Positions 1 to 8,973 of a stretch of DNA of 64,000 bases are shown here, in pieces. The notes under the pieces are model-generated. The model was not told the origin of the DNA, ran no database searches, and saw only the letters and a program-made list of their open reading frames with translations. The position numbers and the translations under genes are program-made. Source of the DNA: an uncultured bacterium (GTDB lineage Bacteria; Krumholzibacteriota; Krumholzibacteriia; LZORAL124-64-63); assembly GCA_963727525.1 (NCBI GenBank), contig CAVSGO010000007.1, positions 1,888,001-1,952,000 on the forward strand, written 5' to 3'. Numbering within the stretch: the first letter of the stretch is position 1; the number at the start of each line of letters is the position of its first letter.

Positions 1-2
1 CC

Positions 3-341
3 GAGGTCGTGGCGATCGGCGCGCATTACCTGCGAATCGCGGCATTCATCGAGTACGCGTACGTCGCCCTGTTCGTGAACACGTCGACGTTGCAGGGGCT
101 GAAGAAGCCCGCCCTCGCCCTGTGGATCGGACTCTATCGCCAGCTCGCCGCGCCGATGGCTCTGTTCTGGCTCGCTACCCGCGTCTGGAACCTCGGCCTC
201 GACGCGATCTGGTGGGGCATCTTCGGCATGACCTGGTCGGCGGCCCTGATCGCGGTGGTCTTCGCGCAGTGGCAGGTGAGGCGGCTCGAGCAGGCCGCGC
301 TCACGACGACCGGGCTCGACACGCGGCAGGCCGCTTCGTGA
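3..341 (+). CDS. MATE family efflux transporter, C-terminal part (5' truncated by window)
   Basis: 'IGAHYLRI...STLQGLKKP...LGLDAIWWGI' matches MATE C-terminal TM helices; its TGA overlaps the next GTG start. Confidence 0.75.
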   Translation, partial: EVVAIGAHYLRIAAFIEYAYVALFVNTSTLQGLKKPALALWIGLYRQLAAPMALFWLATRVWNLGLDAIWWGIFGMTWSAALIAVVFAQWQVRRLEQAALTTTGLDTRQAAS

Positions 342-1888
342 CGCGGGGACGGCTCGCGGCGGTCGGCGGCCTCGTCGTTCTCCTGACCGCGGCGGCCACG
401 GCGGTGGCGGCGCCGGTGCGCGTCCTCTGGCCGCCGGTGGCGGCGCTGCTGGTGATCGTGGTCACGCGCCATGCGCTGGTCGGCTTGCTCGTGGGTGGCG
501 TGGCGGGTGGCGTGATGCTGGCCGGCGGACACCCGCTCGCGGCCGCGACCGGCCTCGTCGTCGATCATCTCGCCCCCAGCCTGCGCAGTCCCTGGAAGCT
601 GGGCGCCATCGCGTTCACGCTGCTGCTCGGAGGCTTCGCCGCCGTCCTGGAGCGCAGCGGCGGCTTCGCGCGGCTGGTGCGGCGGGCGGTGCGCACCGAC
701 GCCGACGCCCCACGCGCGATCGAGACGGCGGCGGCGGGCCTGGGATTGCTCTGCTTCTTCGACGGCCTGGCCAACAGCATGGTGGTGGGCCGCGTGTGCC
801 GCGATCTCGGCGACCGCCACGGCGTGGCCCGGGTGAAGCTGGCCTACATCACCGATTCCACGTCGTCGGCCGTGGCCTGCGTCGCGCTGCTGTCCACCTG
901 GATCGCCTTCCAGCTCACGCTCATCCACGACGCCTTCGCCCAGGCCGGATACGCGGTGAACCCGTACACAATCTTTCTCGCCTCGCTTCCCGACAACTTC
1001 TACTGCTGGTTCACCCTGGTGCTGCTTTTTGCGTCGATCCGCGCGCGGTACCATCCCGGGCCGATGGGCGCCTGCGTGCGGGCTGCACAGCCACACGCAA
1101 CGGTCGCCGGCGACGCGAGCGGTATGGACGGACCGGTGCGCGCCGCACTGATCCCGCTCGCCGCACTCATGGTGGCCTTCGTCGCGGGTTTCGTGGCGCT
1201 CGGCAGCCCACGCCCGGTGTGGCCGCCCACCCGCGCCAAGCTCGTGGCCGCATTCGGGTCGGACGCCGGTCCCCTCGTCCTCGTGCTCGCGGCCGTGGCG
1301 GCCACGATGGTGGCGCTGGTGCTGTTCCCCCGCACGCGCGGGCTGCGCGTGGCGACGCGCGCGTTCGGTAGCGGCGTCGCCACCATGGTGCTGCCCATCT
1401 TCATCCTGATCGCGGCCTGGATGCTCGGCAGCGTGATGGACCGGCTCGGCACGGCCGCCCTGATCGCGCGCCTGGCCACCGACACCACGTCCCTGGCCCT
1501 CCTGCCCACCCTGACGTTTGTGACGGGCGCCGCCATCTCATTCGCCACGGGCACCTCGTGGGGCACTATGGGCCTGCTCTTTCCCCTCGCCGTACCGGCC
1601 GGCGCCGCCCTCGGCGGCGACGTGAACCACTTGACCACCATCGTGGCCGCCGTGTTCAGTGGCGCGGTGTTCGGCGACCACTGCTCCCCGTTCAGCGACA
1701 CCACCATCGTGACCGCCATCTCCTGCGGCGTCGAACCCCACGACCACGTGCGCACGCAGATTCCGTACGCACTGATCACGGCCGCCGTGGCCGTGGTCTG
1801 CGGCTTCCTGCCCGTCGGCTTCGGCTTGCCAGGCTGGGCGGGCCTGGGCGCCGGTTCTCTCCTGCTGGTGGGGATCGCAACGCGCTGA
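338..1888 (+). CDS. Na+/H+ antiporter NhaC family protein
   Basis: Multi-TM; motifs 'LAYITDSTS', 'SFATGTSWGTMG', 'GAVFGDHCSPFSDTTI', 'HVRTQIPYA'; GTG start at 338 (GTGA overlap). Confidence 0.85.
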   Translation: MTRGRLAAVGGLVVLLTAAATAVAAPVRVLWPPVAALLVIVVTRHALVGLLVGGVAGGVMLAGGHPLAAATGLVVDHLAPSLRSPWKLGAIAFTLLLGGFAAVLERSGGFARLVRRAVRTDADAPRAIETAAAGLGLLCFFDGLANSMVVGRVCRDLGDRHGVARVKLAYITDSTSSAVACVALLSTWIAFQLTLIHDAFAQAGYAVNPYTIFLASLPDNFYCWFTLVLLFASIRARYHPGPMGACVRAAQPHATVAGDASGMDGPVRAALIPLAALMVAFVAGFVALGSPRPVWPPTRAKLVAAFGSDAGPLVLVLAAVAATMVALVLFPRTRGLRVATRAFGSGVATMVLPIFILIAAWMLGSVMDRLGTAALIARLATDTTSLALLPTLTFVTGAAISFATGTSWGTMGLLFPLAVPAGAALGGDVNHLTTIVAAVFSGAVFGDHCSPFSDTTIVTAISCGVEPHDHVRTQIPYALITAAVAVVCGFLPVGFGLPGWAGLGAGSLLLVGIATR

Positions 1889-2003
1889 TCAGGTCTTTTC
1901 GCCGCGAATCTTTTCGATCTGCCGTACACTGTGCCGTGACCGTGGCCAAACGTGACCGACCGGTACGCCCCGCCCCGGTTCCGTTCATGAGGAGGTATCC
2001 AGC

Positions 2004-3326
2004 TTGCACACCAGGATCACGGCACTCAGGACTCGCGCTGGCGCGCTCGTGCTCGCCGCCGCGGCCCTGTCCCTCGTCGTCGCCGGCTGTCAGAGCAACG
2101 GAGGCACGAACGGGCCGGCGGCCTCCGAAACCGGCAACACCAGCGTGGTCCGTGGCGAGATCGCGACCACTGTCGCCGCGTTCGAGTTTGCCAGCCAGGT
2201 CGCTCCCGATTCCCCCACCCCGCCGCCTGGTCCCTTCCTTATCCGCGGCAATAACGTGAGCTACGACAGCAACTCTGGCACGCTGAACGTGGACCTCACG
2301 GTGGTCAACGCCAGCGATCACATCTATCCGGAACCGGTGACATTCACCTTCGTGCAGCTCCTGCCTTCCGACGTGACCATCGTCGGCGCCGTCAACGACT
2401 CTACCGGTGTCGGGGCTATGATCGTGTGCTCGTTCGCCAACGACGACGCCATGTGGACACCGGGCGAGGAGAGCCTGCCGCGCACCGTGCAGTTCGTGGT
2501 GGACGCGGGCGTGTCGATCGGCTTCGCCGCGCGCATCGACGTGGGCATGAACCCGCTGGGCGGCACCATCGGCGGCCTCGTGTGGCGCGACGCGAACGGT
2601 GACGGCATGGTCGACCCCGACGAGGCAGGCATCGGCGGCGCGGGCCTGCGCGTGACCGCCGGTGGCGATCGGCAGTGGCTGGCGATGACCGGCGCCGACG
2701 GCATGTTCCGCGTGGATGGGCTCGACGCCGGCCTCTACACCGTCACCCGGCTGCCACGCCCGGATCTGAGAGCGACCACACCACCCCAGCTCCAGGTGTT
2801 GCTGGTGAGTCAGGATGGGCAAGTGTCTGACTTCCTCACCGCGAATTTCGGCTGCCAGATGGCTCCGCCGGACAACAATAACGCGATCACCGTGGGCGAC
2901 TGCGTGCATGCCAAGGGTGAATTCGCGCGCGGTCCCGCCCGGCTGAACGCCCGCGTGGTGAGTTTCTGCGATGACGAGAACGACGAGCCGAACGATGACG
3001 CCTGCCCGCAGCGGCTCGTGGGGCCGATCACCGCCGCGCACCCCGATAGCGGCCTCGTGGCTGTGATGGGCACGTGGTTGCGCATCACCGCTGCCTCGCG
3101 GATCGACGTCGATCATCTCGTCATTGGTCAGCGGGTCCGGGCTGACGTGGTGATGATTGCCGACGTCGCCGGCCATCACCTCGAAGTGTGCCGCCTGCGG
3201 CGCTTCAACGGCCACTTCGATCGCGTCCTCGGCGAGGTGCAGAGCGTGATCACCGACGCGCGAGGCCGGGTGGCGCAAGTGCGCATCCTCGACACGGTGA
3301 TCACGATCGCCCACGATCACTGGTAG
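2004..3326 (+). CDS. Lipoprotein with SdrD B-like domain and C-terminal DUF5666-like region
   Basis: AGGAGG RBS before TTG; lipobox 'VVAGC'; 'IGGLVWRDANGDGMVDPDEAGIGG...TGADGMFRVDGLDAGLYTV' is SdrD_B-like. Confidence 0.65.
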   Translation: MHTRITALRTRAGALVLAAAALSLVVAGCQSNGGTNGPAASETGNTSVVRGEIATTVAAFEFASQVAPDSPTPPPGPFLIRGNNVSYDSNSGTLNVDLTVVNASDHIYPEPVTFTFVQLLPSDVTIVGAVNDSTGVGAMIVCSFANDDAMWTPGEESLPRTVQFVVDAGVSIGFAARIDVGMNPLGGTIGGLVWRDANGDGMVDPDEAGIGGAGLRVTAGGDRQWLAMTGADGMFRVDGLDAGLYTVTRLPRPDLRATTPPQLQVLLVSQDGQVSDFLTANFGCQMAPPDNNNAITVGDCVHAKGEFARGPARLNARVVSFCDDENDEPNDDACPQRLVGPITAAHPDSGLVAVMGTWLRITAASRIDVDHLVIGQRVRADVVMIADVAGHHLEVCRLRRFNGHFDRVLGEVQSVITDARGRVAQVRILDTVITIAHDHW

Positions 3327-3336
3327 GTCGGTTGAC

Positions 3337-3382
3337 ATCCCCGGCGCATGCCCGGACATTGTCGGGCATCGCGCCGGCGGAT
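3337..3382. other. GC-rich intergenic stem-loop (terminator or regulatory hairpin), preceded by TTGACA
   Basis: ATCC-CCGGCGC-ATGCCCG...CGGGCAT-C-GCGCCGG-C-GGAT nested inverted repeat; TTGACA at 3332-3337. Confidence 0.45.
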
Positions 3383-3453
3383 CGCGCCGGCACCTCGAAC
3401 CGGATGGTGTGATCGGGATGAACCCCCTGCGGACAGCCGGCAAGCCTGGACCG

Positions 3454-3732
3454 ATGATGCGGGGCCGTCTGGCCGCCGCTGTCGCGACGTGCCTCCTGCT
3501 GCTCTTCGCCCTGTTGCCCACTGTCCACCTGGCCACGGCCTCGGCGGGCCACGCGGCCGATGAATGCCCGATCTGCCACACGCTGCAGCGCCACGGCGAT
3601 CTGACGTTCGCCAGCGCGACCATGGGGCAGCCCGACCAGCCACCCGGCCTGCCGCTCAACCTGGCGCCGATCCCCCACGCGCCCTGTGCCCCCTCCCACA
3701 CACCCGTTTCACGCGCCCCTCCCGTGGTGTAA
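3454..3732 (+). CDS. DUF2946-like leader protein with CxxCH and C-terminal RAPP motif (putative arrest peptide)
   Basis: N-terminal hydrophobic segment, 'HAADECPICH', Pro-rich tail ending 'SRAPPVV'; start could also be 3409 or 3418. Confidence 0.7.
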   Translation: MMRGRLAAAVATCLLLLFALLPTVHLATASAGHAADECPICHTLQRHGDLTFASATMGQPDQPPGLPLNLAPIPHAPCAPSHTPVSRAPPVV

Positions 3733-3783
3733 TCGCCGACGTTCCCTGACGACTGCGACCATCAACCCCGGAGGTCCCACCCC

Positions 3784-4911
3784 ATGGTGCGACGTGCCCT
3801 CTCGCCGGCCGCGACGGCCCTGGCGCTCCTGATCACCTGCCTGCCCGCGGTGGCCGGCGTGGTCAATCCGAAGATCTCGGTCATCGGTCAGCCCTACCTC
3901 ATGGTGACCACCGATCCCGCGAACCCCGACCATGACCACCTGCGCATGGACGTGGGCGAGACCGAACTCGTGTACGACGACTACCTCAATCCCTACACGC
4001 GCGGGTACTTCACCCTTTCCCTGGCGACGGACGGCATGGCCCTGGAGGAAGGCTACTTCCAGATCATGCGCGGCTTGCCGCTGGGGCTCTCGCTCAAGGG
4101 CGGCAAGTGGCGCGAGGATTTCGGCAAGCTCAACGCCCAGCATCCGCATACGTACCCGTTCTTCGACCGCTTCCACGTACTGTCCACCTACCTGCCCGGC
4201 GACGAATCGTTCAATGACACGGGCCTCGAGTTATCGACCCGCCTGCCGGCGCCCGGCGATCTGTCGCTGACGGCGTCGGCCTCGTGGTTGCAGGGCGACG
4301 TGTTCCGCCGCGCGCGCGAAGCGACCGGTTTTGCCGGCGACCCACTCAACAACGGCGGGGACGATGACGCCTCACAATCGCGCCCCGGCGTGCTGGGCCG
4401 CCTGTCCGCGTTCGCCATGGTCGGTGAACGGTCGGGTCTGGAGTGGGGACTGTCGGCGACGCACGGCACCAACAACGTCGCCGCCGGGACCCACACGACC
4501 GTGCTGGGCGCCGACGTGAAGGCCAAGCTCTGGAACTCCGAACGCTCGTACCTCGTGCTGCAGGCCGAGGCGTTGCACCTGGATCGTGGCGATGCGACGT
4601 GGGATCCGGCGGCCGGCTACGGGCATGACACCCGCAAACCCTGGGGCTGGTATGCCTACGGCGACTACAACTGGAACCTGCGCTGGAACGCCGGCCTGTC
4701 GTACGAACGGTTCCAACAGGACAATCCCGAGCAGGCGTGGGACAGCGCGTACGGCGTGTTCGCCGGCTTCGCCCTGATGGAGGAGACCACGGCGATCCGC
4801 GCCGGTTGGGAGCACTTCATGCCCGGCGGTTCGCCGCAACCCGACGCCATCGACACATATACCGTGCGGATCATCTACTCGATGGGGCCGCACAAGGCTC
4901 ACCAGTTCTAG
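3784..4911 (+). CDS. Outer-membrane beta-barrel/porin-like protein associated with metal ABC uptake
   Basis: GGAGG RBS, signal peptide, 'NPKISVIG', 'FGKLNAQHPHTYPF', amphipathic beta strands, C-terminal 'GPHKAHQF'. Confidence 0.65.
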   Translation: MVRRALSPAATALALLITCLPAVAGVVNPKISVIGQPYLMVTTDPANPDHDHLRMDVGETELVYDDYLNPYTRGYFTLSLATDGMALEEGYFQIMRGLPLGLSLKGGKWREDFGKLNAQHPHTYPFFDRFHVLSTYLPGDESFNDTGLELSTRLPAPGDLSLTASASWLQGDVFRRAREATGFAGDPLNNGGDDDASQSRPGVLGRLSAFAMVGERSGLEWGLSATHGTNNVAAGTHTTVLGADVKAKLWNSERSYLVLQAEALHLDRGDATWDPAAGYGHDTRKPWGWYAYGDYNWNLRWNAGLSYERFQQDNPEQAWDSAYGVFAGFALMEETTAIRAGWEHFMPGGSPQPDAIDTYTVRIIYSMGPHKAHQF

Positions 4912-4930
4912 CCAGCCGGAGGTGCAAGCC

Positions 4931-5833
4931 ATGTTGGCATTCCGTTCCCTGCGTCTCGTCGTGGCCACCGCCGTCCTGGCGACCTTGGCCCTCGTCTCGC
5001 CCACGCACGCCTGGGCGAAGATCCGCGTGGTCGCCTCGATCACCGATCTCGGCTCCATCGCCTCCGCCGTGGGCGGCGACCAGGTGGACGTGGCGGCGAT
5101 CGCTCGGCCCAGCGCCGACGTGCACCACGTGGAGGTGCTGCCCTCGTACATGGTGCGCGTGTCGCGCGCGAAGCTGTACCTGAAGGTGGGTCTGTCGCTC
5201 GATCAGTGGGCCGACCAGATCATCGACGGCTCGCGCAATTCCAAGCTCACCGTACTCGATTGCTCGGCTCACGTCGCGCCGCTGGAAGTGCCCACCACAC
5301 GGGTCGATGCGCGCCAGGGTGACGTCCATCCCAACGGCAATCCCCACTACTGGCTCGACCCGCGCAACGGCGGCGTCGTGGCGCGCGACATCGCCGAGGC
5401 CCTCGCCGCGCTCGATCCCGCGCACGCCGCCGACTTCCGGGCGCGCGCCGGGACCTTTGCCAAGGCCTGCGACACGGCCGTCGCCGCGGCTGCCGCACAA
5501 GTGGCGGCGATGTCGGAGCACACGCTCATCACGTACCACGCGTCGTGGATCTATTTCGGAGATGCCCTGGGCCTGACGATCCCCGAGCACGTGGAGCCCG
5601 TCCCCGGCATCCCGCCCACGGGCGGCCACCTGCAAGACCTGGTCAACCTCATCAAGCAACAACACATCCCTGTGCTGTTGCAGGAGCCGTATTACTCGGA
5701 CGATGCGCCCAAGTTTCTCGCGCGACAGACCGGCATCAAGGTCGTGAAGGTCTCGCCGTCGTGCGACGATACGTCGGCGCCGAGCTACCTCGCCCACTTC
5801 GGCGCCCTCGTCGACGCCATCACCACGAGCTGA
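4931..5833 (+). CDS. Metal ABC transporter substrate-binding protein (ZnuA/TroA family)
   Basis: Signal peptide; 'DVHHVE', 'GDVHPNGNPHYWLDP', 'TYHASWIYF'. Confidence 0.9.
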   Translation: MLAFRSLRLVVATAVLATLALVSPTHAWAKIRVVASITDLGSIASAVGGDQVDVAAIARPSADVHHVEVLPSYMVRVSRAKLYLKVGLSLDQWADQIIDGSRNSKLTVLDCSAHVAPLEVPTTRVDARQGDVHPNGNPHYWLDPRNGGVVARDIAEALAALDPAHAADFRARAGTFAKACDTAVAAAAAQVAAMSEHTLITYHASWIYFGDALGLTIPEHVEPVPGIPPTGGHLQDLVNLIKQQHIPVLLQEPYYSDDAPKFLARQTGIKVVKVSPSCDDTSAPSYLAHFGALVDAITTS

Positions 5834-5843
5834 GGAGATCCTG

Positions 5844-6683
5844 ATGGCCGCCGCACTGTCCTTGCCATTCTTCCGCACCGCCGCGCTGGCGTGCTTCCTG
5901 CTGGCCGGGATCCACGCGTATCTCGGATTTCACGTGGTGCGCCGCGGCGTGATCTTCGTCGATCTCGCCCTGGCGCAGATGGCCGCGCTCGGCGTGGCCA
6001 TCGCCGTGGTGCTGGGTCGGCACGATCATCCGAACGAGACCTACGCCCTGGCCCTGGCCATGACCCTGGTGGGCGCAGCCTGCTTCGCCTGGTTGCGCAG
6101 CCAGGAACGGCGCCAGGTGCCCCTGGAGGCCTTCATCGGCATCGTATTCGCCACGGCACAGGCCGCAGTCTTCCTCGTGCTGGAGAAGAGCCCGGCCGGG
6201 CCCGAGCACCTGAAGGAGACGCTCGTGGGCGCGCTGTTCACCGTCGATCCGTCGCACATCCTCAAGACAGCGGGCCTGTATGCGGTGATCGGCCTGGCCC
6301 ACTGGTTGCTACGCCGGCCGTTTTTCGAGATCACCAACGACGCCGAAGGCGCGAGGCGGCGCGGTCGCAACCTCTTCCTCTGGGACTTCCTGTTCTACGG
6401 CATCTTCGGCTTCGTGGTGACGTCGTCGGTGCAGATCGCCGGTGTGCTCCTCGTCTTCGGCCTGCTGGTGATCCCGGCGGTGGCGGGGCTGATGGCGAGC
6501 GAGCGGCCGGGCATGGCCCTGCTCGCGGGCTGGGCTTTCGCCTTCGTCGCGTGCCTCGCGGGGTTGCTGGGCTCGGTGCAGTTCGATCTGCCGGCTGCCC
6601 CGAGCGTGCTGGTGTCGCTCTCCGGTCTGCTGATCCTGCTGGGTGTGGTACTACGGCTGCGGCGGCCTAGGGAACCGGCGTGA
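5844..6683 (+). CDS. Metal ABC transporter permease (ZnuB/ABC-3 family)
   Basis: 'LGFHVVRRGVIFVDLALAQMAALG', 'VTSSVQIAGVLLVFGLLVIPA'. Confidence 0.88.
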   Translation: MAAALSLPFFRTAALACFLLAGIHAYLGFHVVRRGVIFVDLALAQMAALGVAIAVVLGRHDHPNETYALALAMTLVGAACFAWLRSQERRQVPLEAFIGIVFATAQAAVFLVLEKSPAGPEHLKETLVGALFTVDPSHILKTAGLYAVIGLAHWLLRRPFFEITNDAEGARRRGRNLFLWDFLFYGIFGFVVTSSVQIAGVLLVFGLLVIPAVAGLMASERPGMALLAGWAFAFVACLAGLLGSVQFDLPAAPSVLVSLSGLLILLGVVLRLRRPREPA

Positions 6684-8364
6684 TCTTGACGAGCACGCTC
6701 TGACGTCCCGTGAGGGCCGGGATGGGGTTCCAGGCGGCGAAGCCGCCGCGGGCGTTCACGACGACGCCCGCGAGGGGCCGCCCCGTGACCAGGTCGCTCG
6801 CGGTGTAGGCCCCAGGCTCCAGACGCGACGAGTCGAGCGCGAGGTTCGGCGGGCTCGTGATGCCGGCCGCCAGATTGTGCACCACGACCACGCTCTCGTC
6901 GGGCAGGTAGCGCAGGTACGCATAGGTACTGGCCTGGCTTGCCGCCACGTCCTCGTAGGTGCCACGCCGTAGGGCCGCCGACATCGTGCGAACCTGCACG
7001 AGACGACGGTAGGCGTTCCAAAGCGAGGTCGAGTCGGCCGCCATCAAGGCCACGTTGTTCGTGGCCACGTTGCTGCCCAGCGGCTCCCACGGCGTTCCCG
7101 CGGTGAAACCGCCGGTGACGGGGTCATCCGTCCACTGCATCGGCCGGCGCTTCGTCTCATCGGCGCCGTCGCCGAGCATGCCCACCTCCTCTCCGTAGTA
7201 CAGATATGGCACCCCAGGCAACGTGAGAAGCATGGCCGCGGCCAGGCGGTTCCGCTCCCCATCACGGCCGAGCTGGTCGGCCAGACGCACCATGTCGTGG
7301 TTCGCGAGGAAGCTCGCCCATTGCACGTAGGGGAAGCGGTCGACGAGATCCACGACCGTGGCGCGCAGATGCGACGGGTTGCCGCTGACTGCCGCGCCCA
7401 CGATGGCGCTCGCCAGGTCGAAGGCGAAGCAGGTCGTGACTCCGGCCTGCGTGTACCGCAGCACGATGTCGTTCGCAGCCCAGGCCTCGCCCACCAGGTA
7501 CGCGTCGGACCGGGTCGCGACGACTCGGTCATGGAAGTCGCCCCAGAAGGCGAAAGTGGCCGGCACATCCTGCAGCGTGCCGCCGTCCTCCTGGATGTAG
7601 CGCACAGCATCCAGGCGGAAGCCGTCGGCATCCATGCTGTCGAGCCAGAAATCGGCGACGTCGAACATCGTGTCGACCACCGCGGGATTGCCGTAGTTCA
7701 GGTCCGGCATGCCGCTCCAGAACAAGCCGTAGTAGTAACGACCGTTGGTGTCGAGATGCCACACGTGATCCGCGCCCCAGGGCTGTGTGGTGCCCGGATC
7801 GGTGGTGTTCCAGCGGTAGAACGTGTCGCTGGTCGGCGACCAGGGGCCGCTGGCGGCCTCGCTGGCGAACCACGGATGCTGGTCGCTGGTGTGATTCATC
7901 ACGAGGTCGATGATCACCCGCAGGCCACGCGCATGGGCCGCGGCCATCAGAGACTGGAAGTCGGCATTGGTGCCGTAGTCGGGTTCGACTGTGCGGTAGT
8001 CGGTGGCGTCGTAGCCGTGATAGCTCGCGGCGCTCTGCACCGGCATGAGCCACAGCGCGGTGACGCCGAGATCGGTGGTCGTGGCCGGATCGCCGTCGTT
8101 CAGGTAGTCGAGCTTGTCGATGAGGCCCTGCAGATCGCCGATGCCATCGCTGTTCGCATCGTAGAAGCTGCGCACGAAGACCTCGTAGAAAACCTGATCG
8201 TTCCACCAGGCGGTGGGGCCCGGCTCGCGGCCGCCGCCGCCAACGGGTCCGGTCACGTGGTCGTTGGAGTCGTTGCCGCCACAGCCGGCAAGCAGGACCA
8301 CGGTTCCCAACAGCATGCCAAGCACGAGCCGGAGGCACCGCATGGGAATCCTCTCGTCCGTCAC
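6667..8364 (-). CDS. Alpha-amylase family GH13 lipoprotein (AmyA/SusG-like)
   Basis: Lipobox 'LLAGC'; 'FYEVFVRSFYDANSDGIGDLQG', 'DLVMNH', catalytic 'GFRLDA', 'VGEAW', 'FLANHD'. Confidence 0.9.
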   Translation of the reverse strand: MTDERIPMRCLRLVLGMLLGTVVLLAGCGGNDSNDHVTGPVGGGGREPGPTAWWNDQVFYEVFVRSFYDANSDGIGDLQGLIDKLDYLNDGDPATTTDLGVTALWLMPVQSAASYHGYDATDYRTVEPDYGTNADFQSLMAAAHARGLRVIIDLVMNHTSDQHPWFASEAASGPWSPTSDTFYRWNTTDPGTTQPWGADHVWHLDTNGRYYYGLFWSGMPDLNYGNPAVVDTMFDVADFWLDSMDADGFRLDAVRYIQEDGGTLQDVPATFAFWGDFHDRVVATRSDAYLVGEAWAANDIVLRYTQAGVTTCFAFDLASAIVGAAVSGNPSHLRATVVDLVDRFPYVQWASFLANHDMVRLADQLGRDGERNRLAAAMLLTLPGVPYLYYGEEVGMLGDGADETKRRPMQWTDDPVTGGFTAGTPWEPLGSNVATNNVALMAADSTSLWNAYRRLVQVRTMSAALRRGTYEDVAASQASTYAYLRYLPDESVVVVHNLAAGITSPPNLALDSSRLEPGAYTASDLVTGRPLAGVVVNARGGFAAWNPIPALTGRQSVLVKITPVP

Positions 8365-8963
8365 GTGGTCAGCGACTCGATCTTCGCGGCGAGAGCCGCG
8401 CGTCCCTCGAACGTATCGATGTCGGCCGTGAACGTGGAATCGAGCCGTTGCACCTCGGCCAGGCTCTCGGCGAACTGGCCGAGAGCGTAGTAGGAGACCG
8501 CGCGCAGCACGATCATATCTTGATAGTTGATCGCGGCGTCATGACCGAACGACCAGTCCGTGGCCACGGCGTCGGTGGCGGCGAGGGCGTCGGCCGGGTG
8601 GCCCAGTGCGTCGTGCACGATGGCCAGACCGGCCTGCACCTCGTCGTCGAGGTTGGTGACCTCCGAGCCGGCCTCCACGGCCGCCTGGAAGTGCACGAGG
8701 GCCGAATCGGGCGCGCTGGTGTAGGCGAAGACCCAGCCCAGAGCGTCATGCGCCTCCACCAGCAGGGCGCCGCGGCTCAAGAGAATGCGGAACTTGCCGG
8801 TGGCGGTCGTGTAGTCGGCGGCACCGAAAGCGGTCCAGCCGCTGGACAGCACCTCCTGGTCCGTGGGGCCCGGTGGCGGATTCGTGCCGCCGTTGTCGCC
8901 ACCGCACGCGGCCAGCACCGCCAGGCAGGCGCTCAGCACCAGAAAGGGCACACGCGTCCGCAT
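8361..8963 (-). CDS. TPR-like lipoprotein
   Basis: Lipobox 'LAAC'; helical repeats 'GWTAFGAADY', 'EAHDALGW', 'SYYALGQFAESL'; translationally coupled to the amylase. Confidence 0.65.
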   Translation of the reverse strand: MRTRVPFLVLSACLAVLAACGGDNGGTNPPPGPTDQEVLSSGWTAFGAADYTTATGKFRILLSRGALLVEAHDALGWVFAYTSAPDSALVHFQAAVEAGSEVTNLDDEVQAGLAIVHDALGHPADALAATDAVATDWSFGHDAAINYQDMIVLRAVSYYALGQFAESLAEVQRLDSTFTADIDTFEGRAALAAKIESLTT

Positions 8964-8973
8964 CGCCGACCTC

